Shown here piece after piece: positions 37,055-50,470 of a DNA stretch of 64,000 bases. The notes beneath the pieces are model-generated. The model was not told the origin of the DNA and searched no databases. It worked only from the letters and a program-made list of their open reading frames with translations. Source of the stretch: Marsupella aquatica (Eukaryota > Plantae > Marchantiophyta); contig OZ316896.1 in the NCBI GenBank assembly GCA_973895155.1, positions 3,696,738-3,760,737 on the forward strand, written 5' to 3'. Position 1 is the first letter of the stretch, and every line of letters starts with the position of its first letter. The position numbers and the translations under genes are program-made.

Positions 37055-38963
37055 AAAGGGGTTTTAAGCAAAAGTTGGTCAACAGATACAGCTTGAACTC
37101 ATCAAAATCCACTTGTCCCAATGAAGCCTGCTATTGCTGGGCATGCTTGTGGGAGAACTACAGTAATGTCAAGCAAACTCTACACTTATGTGGATCTGCT
37201 TAGTAGGTTGCATTTGGAAATGTGAAGACTACCTTTGTGTCTTGAAGTTATGTGTTCCATTGGCAGAGCACAATAACTTTCATGTCTTCACACTGTTCAT
37301 GCGCCCAATCCTAAGACCACAATAATGGACATTATTGAACAGAGAGACCCAACCAGTTTTTTGTGGGCAAAAGTTAATCACAATAATGGGCATTATTGAA
37401 CATAGAGAGCCACCCATTTTTATCCAGGGCAGAAGTTAATCACTAATCGTATATTATAAGGACCTTTTGTGGTTGATAAAGGTCTTGCTACAATAATCAT
37501 TAAAGAAAAAAATGGGCAGGGAGACAATAGGCACCCACAAATGAGCCTGGCATGAATGCTTGCCCAAAGTGTAGAAAAAAAAAGGGTCAAGTCACCAAAG
37601 TTTATATACCAGGAAAAAACCAAAGTACAATGAAAGGCAAGAAAAAGTGGTCCCACAGAAAACGAGGTCCAAAGTGTAGAAGCAACCCAACCCATCTTTG
37701 AAGGAGGAAAGTGGGGAATCCATATCCATACATATATGACAAGGCAAGGCATAAAGCCAGGTGTTCTGTAGGTGTGCGTTTTGAGGGGTCACACCCTCAA
37801 AGGAGACTCTTCACGGAACCCGACCCGAACGAATGCACCCTCTCCTCTCAGGAGATCGACGTTCAGCAATTCAAGGCAAAAAGCTTCTTTCGTAAGAGTG
37901 TGTGTTTCTGTCGAACAGCTGCTCAGGGCAAGGCGATGGAGGAACAGGGGAAGGCGATGGAGGAAGAACAGGGGAAACCCCACAATGAATGACCCGATGA
38001 TATTCGTGCTGTGTCTTCACCGAGCTTGCTGAATCGTTAGAAGCTTCTGGCACTCGGGAACACCTTTCATCGAGCTGCTGCTGTTCAGAAGCTGAGCATG
38101 AAATCTGCGAGAAATTCGGAACAGAACCCAAAGGGTTGCCTAGGATCCAACAAAGGAGGAGCTACCATCACCAGCACCAGCACCAGCAGTAGCGCTAACA
38201 CCGCGGACCCCCCTGTGACAGAGTTCTGGGGCAGTTGTGAAGAGTGCCTGTCCCTCGTTCTGGTCCCGCTCCTGGAGTGCCTCAAGAAGAAGCTCTGTGC
38301 TGCATCTCCGAAATTGAAGCGGGAAATTTTAGGTGAGGCTGACTCCAAGAATGAATTGCAGTGTTCTCGTTTTGTCCAGTGCATTTTTGATCCGCCTGTG
38401 CATATGTATGTGTGGCACGAGGCGTCGATGTATCTGACGCTTTGAAGGTTTAGAGGTTGGGATTATTGTAGAACAGATTGGGCTGAGGAGACTCTTTGGA
38501 AGGTCTACGTGGGCTGAAACAAATAATTCTCGGCAGGCCTGATCGGAAGCATCGGCTCACATGATAATGAATTGTGCATTTCCAGCACTCCTGTTGTGGG
38601 TTTTCTGATTGTACTGTAAAGTGTTTGCTATCCATTTTCTTGGAAGTGATGGCAAGAGAATGTTTGTTTGGTATCCGGGATTGTTTGAAGAAGACCTTCT
38701 TCTTGTGCTGTATGGACCTGAAGAGGGAATTCGTGATGTAAGGGATCGTAAGATTGGATTTGGGTCCCTCATCAGCCACACTATTTGAATGCATTGCAAA
38801 ATATGTCGTTCAGCTAGATTTCGGATTTTCAGCTGGGGTTATTGGAACGTATAATCAGCCGAAAGAAGCCGGTTTTTGTGAGACTGTAGTGTGTTAGTTT
38901 CTTAGGGTGCTTTGGGTTGAGGGATACGCAGTGAATTTTCCTGATTAGATGGTGGTATTGCAG

Positions 38964-39019
38964 CTCAGATTAAGGTGTATGAATGGCGCACGAAGACCAA
39001 GGCAGATCTCCTGTTGCAG
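38964..39019 (+). pseudogene. RPL35: Orphan exon fragment of 60S ribosomal protein L35 (uL29)
   Basis: TTGCAG|CT CAG ATT AAG GTG TAT GAA TGG CGC ACG AAG ACC AAG GCA GAT CTC CTG TTG CAG|GTAGGG = (A)QIKVYEWRTKTKADLLLQ, versus plant RPL35 ARIKVHELRxKxKADLLxQ; no other RPL35 exons nearby. Confidence 0.7.
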
Positions 39020-39917
39020 GTAGGGCTTCGGTACAGTCAAAAGTTATTCCAATTCAAAATGCAGCCAAATGGTTACGTTAGCAGTTGAGTTTCAGGGTTT
39101 TGTAGCGTGGCTTTCAGTTTATATATATTAAACGGAATACTTTACTTTCGAGGGAAGTAACCCTCAGCTACCAGAAGTTTAATTGAAAAGGAAACGAATC
39201 ACACCATACGTATTCTGAAATCTTCGTCGCCTTCGACTGCAAACATTTCGATTTCGCCGGCACTCACTCCGCTCCGCAAAATGAGCTGCTCCTTGCCTGA
39301 CTTCATCACAATCTAGATCTTCTCTTCTTCATTGTAGGCCTGGAAATCTTGTGTTAGCTCCCGATAACTTCGCACAGCTTCATTCTGCCATTCAGATTGT
39401 TGAAGAGTCGAGAATCAGCTTCAACGAACTTCAGTGCTCTGTGACGGGCACCCACTGCCAGTAAAACCTCGAAGTGTCATGTCGTTCGTCACATCTCGTA
39501 CTTCTGCTTTAAACTCGCCTTTCATGAACCGATCTGATCCTCTGGTGGTTCGGTATGAGCCGCCGATTGCTCGGTCGATTCCTTAATCGAATTCTTCGGT
39601 TCGAAGCACTCTACCTGTAAAGCGGACAGTGCTATTAATAATTTCAGGAATCGATAATGATCACAATTTAGGGTCATAACTTGGTTTAAAAGTCGTCTCT
39701 GCGATGGACGTTTGTTGTGCAGTTGAAGGAGCTAAAGGAGGAGCTGACATTGCTGGGAGAAGCGAATATCACTAACTGCCCACTGAAGGGGTCTACGTGG
39801 GCAGCTCCTGAGAAGCTGCCCACCATATGCGGTGCACCCATCAGGCTCTCTAAATTGTGACATCTTTAGTTGTGACTCCCAAATCGGTTTGTTTGTTTGT
39901 TTGAACGTTCTGATGAA

Positions 39918-42900
39918 ATGGCGCTGTCCATTGCCGCTGAATGGAGCGAGCTGTCCAACACCTTCTATCGAAAGCAGGAGATTTACACTATGTGCTGGCA
40001 AAAGGTGGATTTGAGTCGGCACAAAGTGGCCTGTGCCAATTTTGGTGGGCCTATTGCAATAATTCGCGATGACTCGAAAATCGTCCAGTTACGCTCTGAA
40101 TCAGCACGTGCAAAGCTTCTCATCTTTGCGTCTTCTGGGATGTTGATCAATTCCTTTATCTGGGATCGTCCCGGAGGCCGCCTGATTGGCATGGGATGGA
40201 CAGAGGAAGAAGTGTTGCTTTGTGTGGTTCAAGATGGAACCGTATACCGGTACAACGTCCATGGGGAGCTGGCAAGTCAAAAATTCTCAATGGGCAAAGA
40301 GGTCTGGGAACAAGGTGTAGCCGAAGTGGTTGTGTGGGGCACTGGAGTAGTGGTGTTGACGGAAGCGAATCAATTGTTTTGTGTATCTAATTTGGTAGAT
40401 CCGGTGGCCATTAAACTTGCTGATCTCAATCTTGACGAACCTCCCCACTGCATGACAGTTGTTGAGCCTCGTTTCACTGTGTCTGGGCAAGTGGAGGTTT
40501 TATTGGCAGTGGGTGCCTCTGTTTGGGTTGTGGACGCTGACTCAGCTGTGGATCAGGTGCCACCAATTGGGCCAATTCAAAAGATGACATTATCCCCGGA
40601 TGGATCCTTCCTGGCTTGTTTCACGCATGATGGCCGTTTGTTGGTTCTTTCTATAGATTTTTCAAAGACCTTAATCGACTTCAATACCGAGGTGAGCTCT
40701 CTCGCAAATTTACCAGGAAGTTTGGTCACACTCGCACTACGAGTCATGGAATGTAGTATTAGGTGACAGTTTATTTGTAAAGAGTGTTGACTTCATGAGT
40801 TGATGGCCCACTGAGACCGGCCATTACCTTCAAACGGAAACTTGTCTGAATATTTTCCTTTGTCGTCACTTTATACTTTACAAGCGCAGTGTGCTCACTG
40901 TTGTGGATTTTGGTACGCAGACAGCACTACCACCGGAGCAGCTGGTCTGGTGTGGAATGACTGCCTTGCTACTCTATTGGGAGGAGACTATAATGATGGT
41001 TGGGCCTTATACTGAAACTCTGAATGACACTGTTAGGTACTCTTATGAGGAACCAGTGATTCTAATTCCCGAGTGTGATGGTGTTCGAATTCTATCAAAT
41101 ACATACATGGAGTTTCTTCAGAAATTACCTGAATCGACAGTTTCCATTTTCAAGATTGGTAGCACAACGCCAGCAGCAATGTTGTATGATGCCCTTGACC
41201 ATTTTGACAAGCGTAATGCAAAGGTACTTCACAATCTATATAGTTTAGCGTGGGGTGTGTGAATACTTGACACCATCCATAAAAGTGTTGGTGTCATACG
41301 GTAGCTCTTGGAATAACTCTTGCAGTAACCAGTAAGTTTACGTGGCCAATTTGACATGTTCAAACGTGACTGCTAGCCTCAAGTTCGTTCATCTCATGAC
41401 GGTCTATTAGTGAGAGAAGTCGGTTTCTTCTTCCAACTTCTATTCTTTCACTCATTTGAAGAGCTTGTGGTCATCTCCTTTTAGGTGAAGTGCATCATTT
41501 GCAGCTGCTTTTTGTTTAGGAAATATATGGCTTCGTGTTTAGTTTATGTAAAGGGAAGGGAATGTCTGATGCGCATTTGGTTGACATTGATGACAGGCAG
41601 ATGAAAATATCAGGTTGATTGTGTCTTCTCTCCCTGAAGCTGTTGGAGCTTGCATTGATGCGGCAGGGCATGAATTTGAAATATCACAGCAACGAACTCT
41701 CATGCGAGCAGCAGCTTACGGTCGGGCATTTTGCAGGTTCGGTCATATCTCAGCTTATATTAGATCGCTAGAGCAACTTGGAATGTGGGAAGAACTCTTC
41801 AAGTACAAGATTTAGGTCAAGGAATTATATGCGAATCTTAATGGTGAAGCTGTTGGTATCTGACTTTAGACATGTTCTGCAAGAAGGAATGCTACCTTTC
41901 ATCACATACTAGCGGATATCTGAACGGATGCTGATGTGGCATCCGCCAACTGTGTGTGTGTTGGTATGTTACCTTCGCTGAAGGAATGAAAATTTCCTAT
42001 TATGGCAAGAAATCCAAAAGATGTACTCATTTATTTGAAAGTTGCCCTTGTCAGTGCTGGGTTTGGGACAGTTGCTCCCGAAGCAGTATGGCATCCCCTA
42101 TATCAGGCGGGTGTGTCTGGTATGCTGATGTTGACTTGCATGGTGCAGCCATTTCGAAAGGAATAGATTCCGCGACACGTGTAAAACATTACGGGTGCTG
42201 AATGCTGTGCGAAAATATGATCTAGGGATTCCTCTTACGGTTGAACAACTCCATGTAATAATTGCTCTTGCACGAGTATGCATACGGATTATGGTGTTCT
42301 AAAGTTTTATGCAGTTGTACAACATCTGATCTTCTGACAATCCTCTGAAGGGCTCCAGACGATCGTTAGGTTCATTCTTTGTTAGAGACCATTGAACCTA
42401 TGGAGAAATTATCTGCTCTTAAGGTTACGTAATGTTAATTACTCAGTTCTCAAGCGTTTTTTCCGTGTGCAGGTGCTTTCTTTACCTGTGTTGATTGCAA
42501 GGCTCATAAATGCTCATTGGCACCTGTTGGCTCTGCGGGTTTCAGAATATCTTGGTCTAGATCAGGTTGATACTTTTTCGTGCTCGTTTTTCATCTTTTT
42601 GTGTTGCGCCTATTTCTTTGTAATTTTGTCTGCACTTGTTCTGTTGTTCTTACTGTTTATAATTGTTTTCTTCTGTGCATTAGTTCTGGATTGCACCCAC
42701 TTGGTCGTCCAGCTCAGTTTTCATGCAGGAAATGACTTTACAGTTTTTATGACCCAGGCATGCAATCGTCAATTTTGAAGGATTCCGTGAACGAGCTGGA
42801 CACATTTTGACGATGCTTTAGCAATCTGAAATGTAGGGGCTGTGATTATATGACGTGAATTCGTTGTGGCTTGATTCAGGAAGTTGTTCTGGTACACTGG

Positions 42901-45900
42901 GCCTGCTCGAAGATATCTGCCTCATCAGAAGTCCCAGATGGGGTTCTTCTTGATATTCTTGTGGAGAAGGTTAGTTGATTGACATCATGTAGTTTCCAAA
43001 TATCAGGCAAGCTTGTACTATGATTAGTGCCGAGGTTCCTCTTTGATGTAATTTTAAGTTTTGTACTTCTTTTGAGTTGTCCGTATCCAAGAAGTGTCGT
43101 AGCCTTCGGAAGATTTGAGTATACAGGGATGATTTAACTGTACATATTCAGAGTCGGATGTTATTGACCCTTTGGAAAATATGTGATGGGTTGTGTCAGC
43201 TTAAGATATGCCGATCAATTCCATATGCAGCAGTTGCAGCCAATGCATATAAGACTGGTCGAGCAAAGCTTGCAGCTCTTCTGCTTGATTACGAGCCTCG
43301 TTCTTCGGAACAGGTGTGCTTCTGACGAAGAGAGCAAAACAGTCTCATAGAATTGTTCGTCATTTGGTCTTCACACAGAGTCTTTGCTTTCTCGGAGGTT
43401 ATGCAACACATGGACAAATCGGAGAGTGTGTTAGAAGTCGTAATGTTATGACAATTTGGAATTGCTTCTTTGAACTTGGATGTATTACCAATATTGTTTT
43501 GGATTATACCCAGAAGAGTGTAATGCATTGATTTGGATCATTATTTTGCAAGTGCTCACCTCAGCTTTTCGATTTGTTGTCATGCATCACTTTCTTTGTC
43601 GCAGGTTCCTCTGCTGACGAGCATGGGACAAGATGAGAGAGCGCTAGTGAAGGCAATTGATAGTGGTGACACAGATCTTGTGTATTTTGCAATTTTTCAC
43701 ATCTGGCAGCAAGTAAGTGCTCAGTCTTATGCCAGTCCATCGGTAGTCATGATGCAGCTACTTGGGATACATGCGGTTGTCTTTTGCATGAGGAAGGTTG
43801 TTTCGGTGCATGCCTCGTGGTTCAACTTGTTCCAGTGGATGCAGAATAATCGTCTTATGCATTTCTGAATTGCAGAAGCCGATCTTGGAATTTTTTCGAA
43901 TAATTCAAGCAAAGCCCGTGGCCCGGGACCTTTTCATTGCCTATGCAAGGTAATGATCGATGCATTTTGTCAAAGCAATGCTTCCCTTCTAAATTGGTTT
44001 TCTACCAAAGACTGCCTGCAAAAGCAAAACACAAACCCTAAACCTATTTTGTTTCCTTATGCTTTGGAGGAAATACTACTTAGTCAGCTATGGCATGTTT
44101 GCCTGAACCATGGATCATCAACCGCTGATTCAAGGAAGTTATTGCTTACAGAGAAACAGACACGGACTTACTAAAGAAATTTTATGTGGCCATTGGACAT
44201 CCTGAGGTATATCGCAAGCCTTGTCAGCATCGTGTCTTTCTTGTCTAGATCACTTTTAACTGATGTTAGTTATCAGTAAATTTATCTTTCTATTTACTGA
44301 TACGAGGATCCTGATCATTCTGCATATACTATCACCATTTGAACGATTCCTGCTGGTGGGTTTCAGGGTGCAGCCGAGGTTTTCCTTAAGGAAGCATGGG
44401 GCTATGCACAAAATAGTCAGGTTGGCCCTGGGACTCCACTACCAACTCAAAGGGCTAAGCTCATCGATCAGGCTGCAGAGCTTTACTCACAAACCAAGGA
44501 GCACACATTCGAGGCAAAGGCTGCCGAAGAGCATATCAAGTTGCTAAAGTCAGTGACGTCTTTATGCTGTTGTGAGCGAAATTGATCAGATCTTTAGGGT
44601 GTTATGGACCTCTGTGCTCAAATCATTTGAACTGTATTCACATCAGTCCTGTCTAATGACAAGCTTTTGTTTCAAGTGCTGGACCTAGCACTAATACTGT
44701 TATAGGAAAATTCCTCAAGTAGTCATCCTGCTTTGAATTAGGACTGTGAATGATGGAAAAGGGAAGCAGCAGTTTTCTAATTTTTAATTGCTTAGTTCTC
44801 TGTTGAATACTAACGATGATAGGTATTTTTTTTTTTGCATTTTCAATATCTGCCAACTCAAAACTTTGTTGTCGTCAAAGTTGTCGTTATTTGTTCACCT
44901 GTCCGAGATCCATCGTACTGCAAAGACTAATCCTTGGCTTTTTGTGGAGTAGGGTACAGCATGAGTTGGAAGCAGCCACAGGGGTCACAACATTTGTGGA
45001 TTCCAGTCTCAGTGACACAATAACTACTTGCATCGCAATGGGAAATCATGCGGCTGCTCAAAAGATTCGGACAAATTTCAAGGTAACTTATCGTACTCAA
45101 GAACGTACTAAGAGGACAGCCACGAGCTTTGTCAGTCCATGCTTCTGGTTGACGAGTCAAATTGTTCTTTCAACCACTTCTTTCTTAAGAGCAGGGTTCT
45201 ACATCACCTTCTTAAAATTCCAACCATCGGCTTTGCTGAGGTTTTATAATGATCGAAATGGAAATATATATTTTACCGTGGTCACCTTGTTCGTAGCTTA
45301 GTTGATTTGGTCTTCTGAAACCCTCTGAGTTTGGTTACGGTATACAATTCTTTCATTGTCGTAAATTCGTAATTGATTATACTCTTGCACTTTCCAAGTC
45401 TTAGGGTACTAGACGTATATGAAACTATTCTATTCCACCTGTCACGTAGGTACTTCAAGATCAGTCCTGATCAGTGTAGCGTATGCCGTCATGCTTGTAG
45501 GATCGGAGGACTAAGCTTCCACATGTCCTCAACCCTTGTCATTCGCATTGTTTCACTACACAATGCCTGATGTGCATTTTTCTGTTATTCTGGTGCGCCT
45601 TCTTTGCAGGTTTCCGACAAGAAATTTTACTGGATTAAAACCTTTGCTCTCGCCGTCACCAAGAACTTTGATGCTTTGGAAAAGTTCTCAAAGGAGAAGA
45701 AACCTCCAAACGGTATTTCCCTTGGTCCTCCTGGCTTGTTTCTAATAATGCTGGAAGGGTAGAAAAGTTCTTTGTGAACTTCTCTGCTTTGTTTCTTGTG
45801 ATAATGGTTGCCTCTTTTCTGTCTAAGCAGGTTTCAAGCCATTCGTTGAGGCATGCATACTAGAGGATGAAAAGGACGAAGCATTGAAATATATTGTGAA

Positions 45901-46280
45901 ACTTCCAGATCCCCAAGACAGAGCCGAGGTGGGTTTTGTTTGTTTTGTTGCAATTGATGTGAAAATTCGCGCTTTCGTTTGTTGCCCTCTACAGATGTCC
46001 TTTTCTCTGCGCTGCAGCGAGGCCCTTAGTCTCATCAAAATGCTTTGTTATGTCTAGAGTTGATCGAAGGATTGATCCACTTACTAATCCAGTTGAAGGG
46101 ACCCTGTTGCAGGCATATCAAAGGTTGGGTATGTCAAATGAAGCTGCTGTAGCTGCTGCACAAACAAAAGATAGTGAAATCTTGGGTCGTCTGAAGTCCA
46201 CCTTTGGGCAGAATTCTCCTGCCGGAGCTCTTTTTGATACTTTGCGAGATCGTTTGTCCCTTCCTGGAGGAGGCTCGTGA
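39918..46280 (+). CDS. VPS16: Vacuolar protein sorting 16 (VACUOLELESS1), HOPS/CORVET subunit
   Basis: 15 GT-AG exons: 39918-40691, 40921-41223, 41597-41736, 42149-42254, 42473-42565, 42880-42969, 43200-43313, 43605-43712, 43876-43949, 44152-44206, 44367-44548, 44953-45082, 45610-45712, 45831-45928, 46113-46280; motifs AAEW..FYRKQEIY, GGPIAIIRDDSK, LIPECDGVRILS, HWACSKI, QVPLL, KAIDSGDTDLVY, FKVSDKKFYWIK. Confidence 0.96.
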
Positions 46281-47127
46281 TGAGGATTCGTTAGCTGGAT
46301 GATGTTCGAGGACACAGTTTTCTCCATTTTCCATCAAGGTGGATACTTTTCTGCCATGCTCTTGAGCTTATCTAATTCAGATACGTTCTATTTGTTATAT
46401 CTCTGATGACTGAAGGGAGGGTGATTATGTTTTGCAGGTGTTGTTTTTTTCTTCGAGGTGAGTCATGAACCTTCTTTGGAGGCTTGACATCAATAATTGG
46501 ATTCCTATGTTGACTTGGAGGGAGCTAAACATTGAGTTGGTTCATCTCCCTCTGTGTCCAATGCCACCATGCTTCTGATGCTCCAAGAAGGCCCAACTGA
46601 GTGCCTACGTTAGAAACTAGGTTGTAATTCAATAATTTCTTTGTAGATGGCAGTTTGTTAAGTTGAAATATTAATGGCCAAGTAATTTAGTTTCAAAAGT
46701 GTACATTGTTGGAGGTGATCTCATTGATCTTGCTTTTCCACTCAGGGTGACTTTACAAGATGTTGATGGCACTTGTGACGTTTTTTCACCAAAGCCAACT
46801 GGAGGGCCACTTCTAGTTCTAAACATAGACTCCAGACCAAGGATCTTTTGAATTGAACTTCAATAAATGTCAATCCCTTTTGAAAGAACCAGTTAAGGCT
46901 TGGACATGTTTGGAGTCTAAACAAAACAAGCACTTCAGATGAAGGAATGTAGAAAAACAATGGCCCCTAATTTGTCATCCTTTATTTACATGTCTGCAGT
47001 CTGACCTATATTGAGGGTGGTTGAGTATATTTTGATGTGTGATTACCGGCAGGGCAAGTCTTAGTGGGGTGTGTAAAAGAACGTACCCAAAACACATAAA
47101 ACTTTTTTATGGCCAGGAGAAAACTTA

Positions 47128-49370
47128 TGTACCAAAACTTTTGACACTCCCTAGTAGACCCTTAGTCACAGAGAGGTTCCCTAACTCACGTCCCATAAAA
47201 ATCTTTACCAAGACTTTGACACTCCCTAGAAGACCCTTAGTCACATGGACATAAGATCAGCAAAAGTAAAATTTGCCCATTCAAATCGGCCAACGTAAAT
47301 CTCATCGTAGAGCTTATTGCAAAAGAAAATTATCATAGTCGCCATTCAAACCAGACATACTGTACATCCAAATCTTATGTAGTCAGAGCAAATATATATT
47401 GCAAAAGAAAATTTACATAGTGGCCATTCACACCAGACATACAGTAGAGCAACACCTTACGGCTGGATCTAGTAACATCGAGTCAGGATCAGGTCACTTC
47501 GTAATGGCTAAGACTTGCCCTGCCTCACACATCAAAATGTGGTCATATACACTGATTTAAAAACAAATTACTATGTTTATCATGGTATGCAATGATGTCA
47601 TACATAATATATGTCATATTTTGATGTGCAGCTAAGACTTGGGCTAAGTAACATCAATCAATGAATGTGAACCCAGAAAGTTTAGCCGTGTGACAGTCTC
47701 GCGTGGGACGAGAGTTAAATCCCTCTGTCTAGGGACAGCAAGGACCCACGAAGCAAGTCGCTTTATAGTAATCTTTGAAGACATCCAAACGATTGTCTCT
47801 CAATTACCTGACTTAGAAAATTAAGTGGACCGTTGGTCTGAGACTGTGAAGCTAAAAGTCTACAGGAGAGCCAGCAGGGGTGTCTGAATCCGAGAGTGTG
47901 AAAACTAGCTCAGACCCAGACCACTCCTTCTAGCTTAAATTAACTGATGGAGTGCACGAGCTGTGTCAATATTGGAGTCTGAATCTGAGAGTGCAAAAGC
48001 TGGCTCAGACCCAGACCACTACGTCCTGTTTAGATTAACTGCTGGACTCATCAATCACTACTACATTAAAAAGAGCTTAGAGTTCAAAATAATACACTCT
48101 TAATTTCTTTCACCATTCTTGAGTGTCTCAAACGTGTCTGTCGATTCACCATTATCCATCCGAGTTTCGCCAATCGGCTGGAGAATTGATTCATGGATCG
48201 ACGATGCAGAAATCCACTCCGGACTACAAGTTCTATAATGTAAACTCTAATTCAACATCTCAGCCGTCAAGGCTTAAAAAGTAAGTCCAGAAGTAAGTCC
48301 AGATTGCCGCTCTTCGTGCGCCTAAAGTCTTTAATTACAGTCTTTAATTACATTCTTTAAAGGGAAAAGATCGAGCGAACAAGGTCAACGCGGTCAGGCA
48401 ACCTCTTTCAGCCAACACGAGGGGACTGCTCACAATAATGCTCGAGCAATATTTTAAAAATTGCCAACTACGGATTGTGATTTGTGAAGGTCACTGACTT
48501 ACAGGCCAACGGACTTGAAACAAGTAACTACTGGACTTGAAATAGGTCGCTGATCGACTCGTCACATATACCGGATTGTCCACACGAGATTACCCGATTC
48601 GTGGTCATTGTCGACACTATTCACGACATACGAGGCACTCCCGAATGAACGGGAGAGAGCATCTCGTCTGGTGTCAAGACGGGACGTGAATTCGAAGTCC
48701 AATAATCGCTACCGGCAGGAGCGACAAGTAAGGAAAAAAGTCGTTGAGAGCGTTCTACTTTCTCTATTTCCTAGACGCATTAATTTGTGCTGTCTGTGAG
48801 CTAGTTGTGCAATGTCCAGTCTACAGGTGACGTCTAGATCTTCCGTACCCAATAACTTTCGAGTGCAGTCTACAGGTGACATCTAGATCTTCCGTACCTC
48901 CATCCAATAAAAGATCGTGGCATTGGGGTGAAAACTAACTTAGTCAGCTATATTTCACGTAATTGCAACTGTTACAAGAAATCGATCATTCAGAAGATCT
49001 TCGGGAAAGTAGTCTTTAAGTACCACACAAGCTAGTGGTTGCCACAGTATTAGAGTATTGATCAAGAAATTACTTTAATTTCAACCTGCTCCGAGTAGCC
49101 CCTGCTCTAGCCGTTTAGAAACTTACTGTAGGCCACGGGTCCACGTTCCTGTTAGTACCTGCAGCATCCGTGTAGAAAGTGTATTGCAGTTTCTGATTAC
49201 TCTATTTTCCCACAAATCTACATCAAGATATATTCCTTAAATCATTACAAACATACAAATTCAAGTACCTGCAGCATCCCTGTAGAAAGTCTATGGCAGC
49301 TCCGATAACTTTCTTTTCCGTCATTCCACATCAAGGCTCACTTATTCAATTAGTACAAACATACACATTC
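47128..49370. repeat. Cluster of unrelated two-copy direct duplications
   Basis: Pairs at ~47130/47206, ~47316/47398, ~47882/47977, ~48817/48867 and ~49154/49264. Confidence 0.8.
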
Positions 49371-50470
49371 AATTTCCAAGGGACCAAAACATTGAAATAT
49401 TGATCAGATCGTGGTGCCATAGATTAGTACGTATTGTGTTTCTCCGTTGGGGAGCCAAAAAATAGCATAATGTCACAGGATGGACATCTAACACTGTAAA
49501 ACACACTGACTTGGCTTTTGGCTTTTGATCACTAAATTAAAGCACAGCTCCATACTATTTGAGGGAAGTTCTTGCCCCCCATCCCGACCGTACCTACAGT
49601 GAAAAATGCACTCTTAGTCGAGTTGATTGACCTCTTCTGTGGCGTCCTTAATCCCCGATTCCTCATGTATGAATCATTAGACGTCACAGTACGATCGAGG
49701 AACTGCAAAGGCTTCCTCGCAGAGAGAATCAGAGAGACTCCGTGGAAGCAGCTGTGTGGGCTTCTCAGGAACTGCCCAATTTATGCAAATGGATTCTGGG
49801 TAATTAGTACATCCCAACAAATTAATTCCAGCATCATGTACTCCAATCCAGAAAGACAGCATCAAGTACGTACTCCGATCCAGATAGGCATCTGAATCAG
49901 TCCTAGAGAGCTTTACACTCGCGTCTGAGCGAACGACTTCTCAGATTCATGCTGGGCAAACTTAATTCAAGCTTGCTGAATCAGTCCAGAGATAGCGCAA
50001 GTTGCTTCTCTATGTTATCTGCAAGTTCTAATAATTGTACCATCCACAATATCGAAGCACGATCATGTTCCAATAGAAACAACTATGACTGAAGTACACT
50101 GAAAAAACTCCCAATCTGATCGAAGTATCCAGACACTGCGCTGTGCTTGAAGGCCACTGAAATGAAACCCGGGGTCGATGCATCGCACTGGTCAACAGAA
50201 GATTGTTTCTGTAGCCAGATGTCAAGTCACGAAACAATTTCAGGGGAAAGAAAAACGCATGTGAGAATTGGGAAGCCTTTAGACATCGATGACTGAATAC
50301 CACTGAAAGGAATTAAGCCAAAGCCCTGACTCCACTTGTGCCCGGTATTAACCCCAACGACCAGTTGTTTTCCTCTAGCTGCGGACGGATTCAAAGTGGC
50401 GGATTTAAAGTCATCATAGAGCCCTCACTACTATAGCTCGGGAACTATCTCTATACCAAAGTCTCCTAAT

